NCBI GenBank assembly: GCA_964016885.1 | Contig: OZ024740.1 | Span: forward strand, 257,300,001-257,364,000 | Reading direction: 5' to 3' | Source of the DNA: Eledone cirrhosa | Lineage: Eukaryota | DNA length: 64,000 bases | Part shown: positions 1 through 13,112 of the stretch, in pieces | Layout of the letters: each line of letters opens with the position of its first letter | How positions within the stretch are numbered: position 1 is the stretch's first letter | The notes under the pieces: generated by a model | Database searches by the model: none | What the model saw: only the letters and a program-made list of their open reading frames with translations | What the model was told of the DNA's origin: nothing | Program-made: the position numbers and the translations under genes

Positions 1-33
1 TATATATATGTAATATATATATATATATATATG

Positions 34-96
<63 letters not shown>

Positions 97-123
97 ATAT
101 ATATATATATATATATGTTATAT

Positions 124-154
<31 letters not shown>

Positions 155-371
155 TATGTGTGTATATATATATATGAGTTAAGGCTCTACTGTTTTTTCC
201 CTGGATTTCACTAAATTCTGTTGGATGAATCCATATTCTGATTCTTTTTGAATTGAGTTTGAATTATTTTCCCCACATCTTACGTTAACTATTTTCCCAT
301 TTTGACGCTATAGTCACTTATATATTATGGAATACTGTTGGCTTCTTGCTACAATCATTTCTATAATTTTC

Positions 372-454
<83 letters not shown>

Positions 455-460
455 TGTATG

Positions 461-531
<71 letters not shown>

Positions 532-555
532 GTATATATATATGTATATGTATAT

Positions 556-626
<71 letters not shown>

Positions 627-722
627 TTATATATATATATGTTATATATATATATATATGTTATATATATATATGCAATATATATATATATGCTACATAT
701 ATATATATATATATATATATAT
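1..722. repeat. (TA)n microsatellites (1-176 and 374-722)
   Basis: Long TA arrays with TG interruptions; source of the spurious IYIY ORFs. Confidence 0.95.
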
Positions 723-1346
723 AAGGAATTTATATCTAGTAACATTTATATACACACAGATGCATATCAATGCTAGCAAATATATAGGTTTTGTCTTATT
801 AACAATGAGGTTCAATGCATGGGGTTGCAGAACAATAATATGAGAGACGTAAAATAAGAAAATTATAAAATTAACTTACTTACTAAAAAATCACTTCCAA
901 CTAATTAGTTTCTGGAATGGAGTAAATATATTTTCCTGAGAAACATATGGAAAATCATTCCGTCATCAGGAAAGTCTTTTTCCGTATAGGTCTCCAGGCA
1001 TAGCGAGGACACTGGAAACTTATTAAAAAAAATAATTCAGTGGAATGGAAATAGCGAAGCGTGGACTGGATTCCAAGCCATTGAGAAAATCACTGCCTCT
1101 ACGTCTGTGGCAAATTCAAAAAGAATCAATCACGTGACATCGAGGTCAATCAGTGGAAAGCGAGTGGTTATTAAGACAGCGGCCAGCTTACTACCATAGT
1201 AGCAGTCATGGCCAAATATTGCTCGACAAATGAATTGGAGAAAATTATAAGGAATTTATATCTAGTAACATTTATATACACACAGATGCATATCAATGCT
1301 AGCAAATATATAGGTTTTGTCTTATTAACAATGTGGTTCAATGCAT
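721..1346. mobile_element. Non-coding element with 100-bp terminal direct repeats in (TA)n, PLE-like non-autonomous unit
   Basis: 721-820 matches 1247-1346 with one mismatch. A degenerate CTGATGA/stem-II motif lies on the minus strand at about 930-975. Confidence 0.55.
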
Positions 1347-1414
1347 ATATATATTTATTAAAATAACAGATTAAAGTTTAAGGAAAGAATATATATATAT
1401 ATATATATATATAA

Positions 1415-2352
1415 CTGGTCTTGACGTATCCGCCACTCATTCACCTGCACATCCACCCACGTTGTCTATGCCCTGGGGTGTTACATTTGCGGGTCTTTAT
1501 ACATTGGACAAGCGGAACGCCGTTTGGCGGACCGTTTTGCCGAACATTTGAGTGATATACGACTCGGTTGTGTTACTCCTGTCGCCTGTCATTTGTGTTA
1601 TCGTGGTCATTCTTCCCAACATGTTCAGTCCTGGGTGTCCGTTTACATCATGGATCACAGGCCTCTCATACCTGGACTGAACAAAGTCTGATTCACCGCC
1701 TTGGGTCCTATTCCTCTCTTGGACTCAACTCACCTCCCCAATTTATCTAATACCCCGTCCATTATCACACCCCTAGATTCCTATCGATTTCTCTTGATCA
1801 TTAACATCTTCTCTTACAACTAATACATGCCGACTATATATGCTCACTCCACTTTTCCCTTCACTGCTCTGTACACACACATACACACACTTATATTAAC
1901 ATACTTTTGCTCATAGCTTCGTACTTACATGCACACACACTCTTTTACTCACATATACACACACATTTCTTCTTAGCTTCGTACGGACGTATAATAACAC
2001 GCACACACACGCTGATGCACATGCACAAGTATAGCTCTTTTTACAAAACGGTTCTTTTTTCCATTTCAGGTAGACGCGCTCCATTATCTACTTTTCTAAA
2101 AAATATATCATACTCAAACGCCAGCACCAGTAGTTTTGCCCGAGATGTGAATATGAAAGGACCTGTTATTTTTATCTAAAGACATTTTTTTTCTAATTCC
2201 ATCCCGCCGTCCCTTCAATTTATCTTATTTCTCATTCTTTCATCTGATGAGGGACTAGCGTCCGAAACGTTAAGACCCTCTTCCTGCTATTTCAATCGTT
2301 AACCTAATATATCCCTTCCATATACTGTACCGATTGTGTTGTTATTTCTGTT

Positions 2353-2360
<8 letters not shown>
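1415..2360 (+). mobile_element. Penelope-like element (Neptune-type), 3' fragment: GIY-YIG endonuclease plus pLTR
   Basis: Translates as IRHSFTCTSTHVVYALGCYICGSLYIGQAERRLADRFAEHLSDIR...(frameshift)...EQSLIHRLGSYSSLGLN*. Followed by an HHR motif and flanked by (TA)n. Confidence 0.85.
2236..2275 (+). ncRNA. Minimal type I hammerhead ribozyme motif in PLE pLTR
   Basis: CTGATGA (2244-2250), G-GGAC-TAGC-GTCC stem II, GAAA (2264-2267), palindromic AACGTT stem III. Stem I is weak. Confidence 0.7.
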
Positions 2361-2402
<42 letters not shown>

Positions 2403-3426
2403 CAACCTGATTAGTTCTATCCTTCCTTTGGTATATATTGTGTGTTAGCTTAGCCTGCCACAATGTTCGATTTGTCAAGCTATTTAAACGTATGTTATAA
2501 TTCTGAGAGCTATCTTATCGAGTGCTTTGCTAACTCATCACTTCATATAAGTAGGCCGAATTTACTTGCAAACCGCCAGAGATTCGATTTTACTGATTTC
2601 CAATTATATATATATATATTTATATATGTGTGTGTATATATATATATGTATATATGTATATATATATATAGATGTCTATGTATATATAGATGTCTATGTA
2701 TATATATATGTATATGTATATATAGATGTCTATGTATCGTCTTTCGTCCAGCGTCTAACACACTCAACAAATTTAGTGAATTGCAGTTATGCAGCTGCAA
2801 TCACCTGTTCAGAGTGCACATATTTAATTTTAGTGTAGAAGCGATGGATGTGCTTTTAATAAAAGATGCATGTTGTGCGTATCGTAGTAATCCTATCTAT
2901 GTGGGTAGTAATTCATTCCGTGTTTACAATGTGTGTGTCTATACACACACACATTGTCTTAGATTTGTGAGTAGTGCTCCAGACTGGGTGTATTACTTTA
3001 GTGTTTTAAAGTAGTTTGAACTTGAGATTTGTAGAGGAACAGCAAAGAGATAAGTGTTATATTATTTCATGATCCTTAACAACAAGCCCACTTATCGGCT
3101 TGCATACGACGATTGCTTGTTCCTAAGTGTAAATACGTATGTGTGTCAGTTTTTGTGAGTGCATGCGTGCGTGCGTGTGTGTGTTGGATATGTGATAATC
3201 CCACTGAAAAGCCAAACACTACAGAAAAATAAAAAGAGACGATTTGCTCCAAATAAACGAGCATCCTTCACGAGAAACAATGACAGTAATAACAACAAGA
3301 AATGACATGATAATGAGGACGAATACGTTCTAAATACACAATACTATTGGGGGGGGGGGGGAGTGAAGAGAGAAACAAGTTTTATGAATGAAATATACAA
3401 CCAATGACTTTTTGTAGATCTCTTGA

Positions 3427-3982
3427 CTTACATGGTGCAAGCTTAGGTTTTTCTTTGAACAGAAATATCTTGATCACATATATGGCCTTAGCTATCCAAT
3501 GAGCCTGGTGGTAAGCTCCTTGGATCAAAGAGGAGAACAGAAGAGATGGATAGCGACGAAGATAGTGAAGGGAATGCGTTATGTAGTACAGTCAGTAGAT
3601 ATTCAATCATGTCCTCCCCCTTTTGCTTGTAAAAATCTTCCATGGGCTCATCATCACGCAGGATAGTGTGATGATAAGACTTATTGATGTCATGGAACTT
3701 TTTGAAAATTGTTATACAAGGACCAGATGTTGGGAACAATATCCTGAAAACTTTCTGCAAAACCAGTTAAAGAATGGGATAGGGGCAAACCTGCCACAAG
3801 AGGCATTTTTTCAGAGCTGATTCAATGTTTGTATTGACTCTTTGGTGCATGCCGGTGTTACTGACGGTGATGGCGAATGTCATATCAATGATTTAAACCT
3901 CAAATGTGAGTAGTTGGATTTACTTCAAAACAAATTCAGCGACTTGTCGTCCGGTTCCATCTTGCGCAATATGAAGACATAA
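3427..3982 (+). pseudogene. Possible degenerate protein-kinase-like (TKL/pseudokinase) C-lobe
   Basis: Stitched across two frameshifts and one TAG: WIATKIVKGMRY..IQSCPPP, GLIITQDSVMIRLIDV, WEQYPE, RADSMFVLTLLV, ..KFSDL..ILRNMKT*. The order resembles kinase subdomains VIa-XI. Motif resemblance only. Confidence 0.3.
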
Positions 3983-4114
3983 GAGCCCTTTTTTTCAGAA
4001 CCTAAATCATTTAGAAATAAATAATTTTACATACAAAAACAAAATTTGTTTTCGTTCTTAAAATACCTTAATCTATTCGCTCGGTATGCAAATGAGGCTA
4101 ATTAGCAGATGTAT

Positions 4115-4320
4115 AAATTTGAGAATACTATGTATTTTCAGCAGTTCCAGTGGGTGACAGACAGGAGACTACGCAATCTAGATAAGGAGCAAAGATTCCG
4201 AAACAATATTGTCGATTGTTTTCTCTCAGCTACCGCTAGAACAAACGGATGAAGTTGTTCATCTACCAAGTGGTGTTTTATGAGGCTAGTAACTCGTAAA
4301 CAAACCAAATATTAGTAATA
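4115..4320 (+). mobile_element. PLE pLTR remnant with degenerate HHR, homologous to 18148-18340 (minus)
   Basis: Shares ccgaaacaat..tgtcgatt and gtgttttatgaggct..gtaaacaaacc with the reverse complement of 18148-18340. Confidence 0.7.
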
Positions 4321-5453
4321 TCATTCGAATATTATTGTTATTTACTCATGAATACCATAGTACATATGTTCTGTCAAAGAAGGGAGAGAGAAAGAAAGAG
4401 AGCAAGGAAGAAAGGGAGAATGAAAATTAAAGCTTTATTCTATGTTTTGTAACCTCCGCAAATTTATTGGAATAATTTAATTACACTTTGTAGATACTTG
4501 ACAATAAATTGCACCTCAACCATTGGTATATCTTTTGAGTCTAGTGTCTGTCTGAGACTGTGTAATTTTACTTTGGAACAAACAATGCCATAAAATAATA
4601 GTTTACTGTTTTGCTCATAAAGTTGATATCAATTTGAGAGTAAACTGCTAACATATAACGAGCAGATTAGATATCAAAGGGACTACAGTTAGAGCCAAGA
4701 ACAGTATGGAATGAATAGTATGGAGGTAATAAGTAAGTGCGCAATGATAAGTACATCGGGAAGACAGGATATTGCACGTTGTGAGATGAGAAATATGATA
4801 GTAGCCAAAGATAAGACGTTTAATCAATCTTGAATCTTGTAGTATTTCTAAAGAACTAATACTGCCATATCATTCACAATCTTATCCACACATATACTGA
4901 CTGATTCACAAGCTCTGTTACACATAAGTTCCCCCGCCCCTCAAAAAACCTTAAAGAAATCTCAACAACACATACACCTACACAAAAACACCGATCTACA
5001 CAGGAGTACACAAACACAAACAAACAAGATGTTTCAGCACGCACGGAACCGCCAAAAATACACACAAATGTACACATATACACAGGAACACACCAATAGA
5101 CACACACGTGTTTTCTCTTTCTCCGTATTAACTCTTTCTTATACATATGGAGAGTATTATATATTTATATATAAATTTATAATTTCCAGATTTTTGTGCT
5201 CATAATACTACAGCCACTCCCACATGCTTAAGTGTGTATATGGGCACGTATGTGTATGTGTGTTAATTTAATCATTATTTATGTATGCACTCATATATTT
5301 AGGGGTATTCACCAACAAACAATTAACACAACCATATCAAATCTCGTATATATTTCTACCTGTTACTGATTTCAGTCATTGAGATGTCGCTGTGTATATG
5401 TAATATTTAAACAAACATGTATACTGGTGGTTACTGCCTTGTACCTGTATGTT

Positions 5454-5512
<59 letters not shown>

Positions 5513-5516
<4 letters not shown>

Positions 5517-5913
5517 GAAATTTCGTTTCATTCTTTTCCATTTATCATTTTCGGTGCACCCGGCCGACTAACTCACTCGATATGCAAATTAGGCTGCTCA
5601 ACCGTTAATATGCATAAGGAAAGTATATACTTTCAAACGTTCAATCATCTGACAGAAAGGTATACGATGCTGACGATAGCTTGAAACTAGTACATCGTTC
5701 CTGTGTCAGTGTTGAACAAAAGGGCGACGATGGTTGCCAAGCACTGTACGGCGTAATCCGGGCTGTTTGTTTACAAACAAACCGAGCATTATCATAAATG
5801 TTTGGTAAACCCATACGTACATTTATATATATGTGCATGTATGTATATATATATATATATATACATAATACTGTACGTCTGTACACATATATGTATGTAC
5901 GTATAAATACTTA
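5513..5913 (+). mobile_element. HHR repeat family A (retrozyme-like), one monomer
   Basis: Same unit as 7337-7857 and 23060-23857. The HHR at 5664-5698 has a deletion in stem II. Embedded in (TA)n. Confidence 0.75.
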
Positions 5914-5974
5914 TATATATATATATTTATATATATATACATATTTCTACCCGCCGAAATGCGATTCTCTCTGA

Positions 5975-6040
<66 letters not shown>

Positions 6041-6043
<3 letters not shown>

Positions 6044-6549
6044 CAATATAGAGAGGAAAAACACAGGAGAGAGTGTTTTCATTTACAGGATATTAACCAC
6101 CAGCGTGTAGAGAATATAAGCTAAGAGAGTGTAGGAGTAATATAATAATTAAAAGGATAAATTAAAATGAAAAACCTACCTCATAACTAAATCGCACTAA
6201 GGGCGGCTTATTCTGTTCATACTACCGGTCACAGCCACGCGAGCGTATTTCGCTCTATTCGCACGTGCCACAGGTCAGTTACTATAGTTATCTTTAGTAG
6301 TGAGGACAATATCAGCTCAAGCACTTGGTGATTATCCACAAAGCTGAACCCACTATACGGTGAGAAACTCTCCAGGTGAGTCTGTACTAGTGCTATTTAG
6401 TTATGAGATAGGTCTTCATTTAAATTCACCCTTTTAATTATTATATTTTTCCTACACCTCTCTTAGCTTATATTCTCTTCACGCTGGCGGTTATAAATCC
6501 TGTAAACGAAAACACACTCTCCTGTGTTTTTCCTCTCTATATTTTGTAT
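6041..6549. mobile_element. Foldback element with about 160-bp imperfect inverted arms
   Basis: 6041-6199 is the diverged reverse complement of 6388-6549. Confidence 0.75.
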
Positions 6550-6631
6550 TTTAAAGTGCCCATGGAAACTCTGTCCTTTGAGCTCATTGAATTACAGGAT
6601 TATACGCGAGTCCTTTACTCCGTTATTTTAC

Positions 6632-6659
<28 letters not shown>

Positions 6660-6678
<19 letters not shown>

Positions 6679-6805
6679 ATGTGTGTGTATATATGTACAT
6701 ACATATATGTGCACAGACGTACAGTAGTATGTATATATATACTTATATTTAGGTATCAGCCGTACTAAGAGTGAGAAATAAAATTTCGTTTCATTCTTTT
6801 CCATA
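6660..6805 (+). mobile_element. HHR family A, 3' fragment
   Basis: ...acttatatttaggtatcagccgtactaagagtgagaaataaaatttcgtttcattcttttcca matches the family end-to-start junction. Confidence 0.6.
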
Positions 6806-6819
6806 TATATATATATATA

Positions 6820-8073
<1,254 letters not shown>

Positions 8074-8130
8074 AGCTGTGTTCTATAGACACCGCACTCT
8101 TTTTTCCTTTGCTTTTTCTTCGGAATTACC

Positions 8131-8239
<109 letters not shown>

Positions 8240-8249
8240 TAAAGTCTAT

Positions 8250-8355
8250 GAAGGCGCGTGGTTGAGTGGTTAGAGTATTGGATTCGCAATCGTGAGGTTG
8301 TAAGTTAGATTACCAGACTGTGTCCTTGGGCAAGACACTTTATTTCATGTTGCTC
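8250..8355 (+). mobile_element. tRNA-derived SINE head (second family); copies at 13113-13220 (+) and 44735-44841 (-)
   Basis: ggcgcgtggttgagtggttagagtattggattcgcaatcgtgaggttgtaagttagatt (A/B-box-like) followed by tgtgtccttgggcaagacactttatttcatgttgct. Confidence 0.7.
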
Positions 8356-10341
8356 CTTCTACCCGGATTTGCGATTAGAAAGACCAACGGAAACATTGTG
8401 TCCGCGGTCCGATTTGACGATCGGCTGTCGATATATATTTATGAATGTATGTATAGTATATTTGGCAATATACCGTATGTGTAATTAAAAGCATTTAGAA
8501 GACCATTTGCTATGACTTTTAAAGTAGTGACTATGTCACTTACTTATTTTCTACAAAAAAAATATATATATATTGATTAATTAAAGGTTAATTAGTCTTA
8601 ATATTTAAACATCTCAATGAGTGGAATCATTCAGAGAAGCAATATTATATATTAAATTTAAGCGAGAAAAAAACTCTCTTTATGGGAGTACAAACCAAAA
8701 TACACAAAAACAATATTTTATCTAAACTCGTTTATATACAGATCTCCCTGCCATGATTCCGTTTTCGGAAGAACTCATATTGAGCCGCCAATAATTGAAG
8801 AATCCGCAATACTCTCCAGTGGAGTTTAAATTCTTCAATAGCTAAGAGACAATAAGTTATACTTATTGTTTCATTTGCCGATGTAGCATGCTGAACAAAA
8901 CACCACGATGCGTAGTAGAAATATTACGATATAAAAAATCCCTTAACATATTAGAACTATGCTTAGTTCGATAAAATAAACTACCAGTAATGCACTGGGT
9001 AATTGCTGGCCTTGTGCCTAAAGTAGAAACAAGTATTATTAGGCTTATGATGCCGCTAGAAATAGTAGTGGAATCACTCAGAGTAGATTATTTCGGATTC
9101 TTCAATTATTGGTGGTTCCAATAAGAATTTAGATACAACTAATGTTGACTGGCTATCGTCAATTAAAGTGTCTTGCTCACAAGCATACAATCATAAATTA
9201 AACAACCTTATAATCATGAGTGCCCCCTCATTATACAATACCCAAGCGCCTTCCATATTGCCTAGAAATGTCACAAAAACATAATCACAACACGTATCAC
9301 GAAAGAGAAATCGTGCCCTACACAACCAAAACGCCCAAAGCTAAAACGCCCCAAACGACTACAAATACAAGATCATAGAACCACTGTGGGTCTCCCCTAG
9401 TGGGAAGATCTGCACCACAAAATGTTTATTAAGCCTGCTATGAGCCCTGTCTGAATATTGTTGATCAGTGGGAGGTTAAAGTAGAAGACAATAATGTGTT
9501 GTCCATGTGGTGTACTATTTAAGTAGTAGCGTTTCGGAGTTCCAACTCTCATGCGTTGCTTTCATAGCCCCCTGAAGTAACATTTCTGAAGCAAATGACT
9601 GGAGAAGGTCACTTATGACCTACCCAGGCTAGTGGTAGGTTTCGATATATTTACAAGAAGTTAATTTCAACATATCTATAATTACTCATCATATCGTCCG
9701 TACACCTGTAATGTGAAGATGATCACAGCTGAATTCGAATTCAGATCTTAATCTTCCCATCATCGTATCATATAGCGTTATATTTGACGTTCTAACGACT
9801 TTTAAAGATACATCCACAATTTAACATGAATTATTTCACCTATATTCGACATGACTTTGAGTGATATATGAAGAGATATAAAATAGGATTCCTAATTTAG
9901 ATGTACAAAAAACATGACCATTCCTCTGCGTTAGGTCACCCTGACAAATATCTTACAAGGTCTACAGAAATTTGAACCCATATTCAGCGAAATTCACTGA
10001 TAAGGGAAATACACATACAAAATATATAGAGATAATCTGCTAGTGCTTATTTTTCTTTGGTGCTGGTAAGAAAAGGTTTTTAACATTGTAGATCATTGAG
10101 AAAGGAAATCGTCTGTTGTCTCTTCTGGTAACGTTTTGAAGGGTTATTGAGATAATGGGGAATTGAGAAATAGATAGACCGAGAGAAAGAGAGAGAGAGA
10201 GAGGGGGAGAGAGAGGGAGAGAGAAATAATGTAAGTGAGAGTGGATGAGTGTAGGGGAGAGATATTTAAAATGCAATTTTACATTTAGATTTTAGTAACA
10301 ACGCATTGAATTACTTCTTTCATAGTTCCGCACTATATGTA

Positions 10342-11275
10342 TATTTTTCGTAATCTCCCATTCAGTAAGGACTCAAGCTTTCCAATGTCTTTTCTCATTT
10401 CCTTGATTTGAGCATTCAGCCGTTTCTTCCACCAAGGTTCTGATCTTTCTTGTTTGTTGTTTCCTCTCGTTTTTATGCCAAGTAATTTCTTCACCGCATT
10501 TGCGGTTTCTTTGAGGATATTGTTGCATTGGTGAGGGTTCCTCGCCACAAGGTATGGTATGACTTTGTTTACCTTAGCTGTTTCTTTTAACTTTTCCTAT
10601 CTACAAATCTTAGGTTCATAGGTTTTCCACTATCATTGTTCATTTCATCTACCACTAAGTTCAGGATGTTAACCAAATATTGTCCTAGCCCGTCAGCATT
10701 CCTTTCCTCAATGACCGTATCTTTGTTCCATATCTTATTTATTTCAGTATTCAGATTACTTCGGATGCCTCCTCCGGTCTCTCAACCTCTACACCTTCAT
10801 TTCCCGATGGCTCCTTTGCCTGACATACTCCACTCTCCATTTCCAACTTAATCTCTCTGCTCAGTTCTTCCAGTTCCAACTCGCTTATCCATCCATTAGT
10901 TCTTATTACCCGAGCCTGCCCGGCCAATTTTTGTTCATCTAATTTAAATAGACCATTCTCGTTTCAGATGTTATGCATCCGTTTCCTATAGCCTTTTTCA
11001 ATGGGGTTACTCTTCAGGTAGCATTTCATGACAGTTCTATTCAATTCTTTCGTCCAGTTGGTTCTTGTCCCTTTCCTTCTTCTTCTTCCTCCAACACCAG
11101 CAGTATTTGGATGAAAGCCAGATCTCTGCTGTTGGGCCAGGGAGCACTTGCTGGACGAGAGTCTTTCACATGACGTTCCAGTCTCCTTTTCACCGTTATT
11201 CGAACTGTTTAGTTTCGAGAGTTAAACACTCATATCGAGGATTGGTGAATATATGGTTACATAACCACCGGTGAT
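10342..11275 (-). mobile_element. R4/Dong non-LTR element 5' part, truncated by the duplication junction
   Basis: EPWWKKRLNAQIKEMRKDIGKLESLLNGRLRKI is identical to the ORF at 47406 but is cut at 10342. Confidence 0.85.
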
Positions 11276-11624
11276 TTCATCACCCCCCCCCCCGGTGATT
11301 TTAGCGTGGCACCATCACACTGTAGACGAACATAAATAAATCAACAAACAAGTAGATAAACACTTTAAAAAATAAACATGTTTCATTGTAATGTTTGAAT
11401 GTTTGACATAGTTTTTTTTTTTTTTTCCTTTTTGTTTTTTCAAGGCCAGTAACATCGGTTACTAGTGTTGATGTTGCTGCTGCTGCTGCTGTTTTTGATT
11501 TTAGCTACGAGGGAAGTAGAGGTTGTTGCGTTCAAAACTTTTGAAATTTGTTTTTCTTTTGCTCTTGCGTTTGTTTTTGTCTGTGTTCTGTTCTGTTTTT
11601 TTTACGACTTGTTGCTTATCTGGT

Positions 11625-11832
11625 AAAATAAAGTACCAGTAATGCACTGGGTAATTGCTGGCCTTGTGCCTAAAGTAGAAACAATTATTTACGCAGTAAT
11701 ACACTGGGTAATTGCTGGGCTTGTGCCTAACGTAGAAACAATTATTTACGATCTGAGTTCAAATCTCGCCAAGGTTAACTTTGCCTTTCATCCATACAGA
11801 GGTCGATAAAATAAAGTACCAGTAATGTACTG
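11625..11832 (+). mobile_element. SINE fragments with reiterated 3' tails
   Basis: Two copies of ctgggtaattgctgg.cttgtgcctaa.gtagaaacaattatttacg followed by a B-box body. Confidence 0.75.
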
Positions 11833-12400
11833 TGGGGTTGCTCTTGTGCAGCCATTAACATTCCTTCTGTAGCTTTTTAAAGGTCTCCTCTTTTTAACCA
11901 GCTCCATGTCTGTGGATCTCTGAATTCTGTTATCTTAAAAAAGGTGCTATGAAGGGATTTTTCATGAAAGTTGTTCTTCTTCTACGTTGTTACTTCCTCC
12001 TTGGACATCCCCTGGTCTATTGTCTACTTTTTCAGTACAACTTTCAGCATTACCTCCCTACTCTAGACACATATTAGTGCAGACTACTATTCTCCATCTG
12101 AACACAGTCCTCTACGGTGAAAAGACCTCTTGCACCTTCAGATATCTTTAAGTAGAGTCTATCAAAATCACTTCTCTTGTGGAATATGCAGTAGGTAGTC
12201 ATTAGCTTCCTAGTCTTTCTATCCATTTCTTTGTGTTCAGTAACGTTCCATTTAAGAATTCCCGCACTGTGCCTAATAATGGACAGCTTGGGAATTTACT
12301 GCACTTATGACATTCCTACTATTTAGATGTGATTTTAGCATGTTTCTTACTCTCCTTATGCATTCGGATCTTATCAGTTCCTTCATTTTTTTGTTCTTGA
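11833..12400 (-). mobile_element. Degenerate R4/Dong RT C-terminal fragment (copy at 45560-46110, +)
   Basis: ECIRRVRNMLKSHLNSRNVISAVNS; similar to 48430-48790. Confidence 0.8.
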
Positions 12401-12589
12401 TGTCAATTGCCACCTGACCGCCGAAATTGTTATATATATTCAGTGTCGTATCACAATGATTGCATAAATACACAAATGATTGTGTAAGCATCTGACGAAA
12501 TCACATGAATAACCATGTAACTGAAATATATACAATATAACAACAATTATGGTGATTTAATCACGTCTTAACTACTATTATTTGATAAA

Positions 12590-12775
12590 GGGCGGTGGAT
12601 TGGCAGTATCGGTAGAGGGTCGGACGCCATGCTTTCCAGCATAGTTACGTCCCTTTACGATCTGAGTTCAAATCCCGCCGAGGTTGACTTTGCCTTTCAT
12701 CCTTACGGGGTCGATAAAATAAAGTACCAGTAATGCACTGGATAATTGCTGGCCTTGTGCCTAAAGTAGAAACAA
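12590..12775 (+). mobile_element. Full-length tRNA-derived SINE with TSD (copy at 45172-45360, -)
   Basis: A box TGGCAGTATCGG, B box GAGTTCAAATCCC, TSD attatttgataaa at 12577-12589 and 12775-12787. Confidence 0.9.
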
Positions 12776-12864
12776 TTATTTGATAAATGAATACTCCATC
12801 TTTTATTATCACCTACCTGGCATAATCTACTGATGTTTAGTGTTTATTATCAGGAAGTATACAT

Positions 12865-12920
<56 letters not shown>

Positions 12921-13112
12921 GGGAGAGAGAGAATGACATAAGGAGATGGTAACAATTAGGAAAAGGTAAAATGAGCAGTACACTAGGAGAAATAAATAGT
13001 TAAATAAATAAGATTGAAATGCTCTCACACACACACACACACGCACACGCACTCACACACGCACACGCACACACACACACACATACACACACATATATAT
13101 ATAGTGTGTGTG

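Larger units (their letters stand above)
8249..13112 (-). repeat. Recent inverted, circularly permuted copy of 42746-47612
   Basis: 8249-10341 is the reverse complement of 42746-44841, and 10342-13112 is the reverse complement of 44842-47612. Paired near-identical ORFs appear in the ORF track. About a dozen SNPs or indels seen by eye. Confidence 0.95.

Noticed and set aside
327-843. Long IYIY, CVCV, LSLS and poly-R/L/S ORFs here and throughout the window
   Set aside because: These are translations of stop-free microsatellites.
11625-11750. Repeated 45-bp units resembling a CRISPR array
   Set aside because: These are reiterated SINE tails with no unique spacers, in a eukaryotic context with no cas genes.
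12590-12680. tRNA gene
   Set aside because: The A/B boxes belong to a SINE head with a shared body, tail and TSD; no complete cloverleaf.
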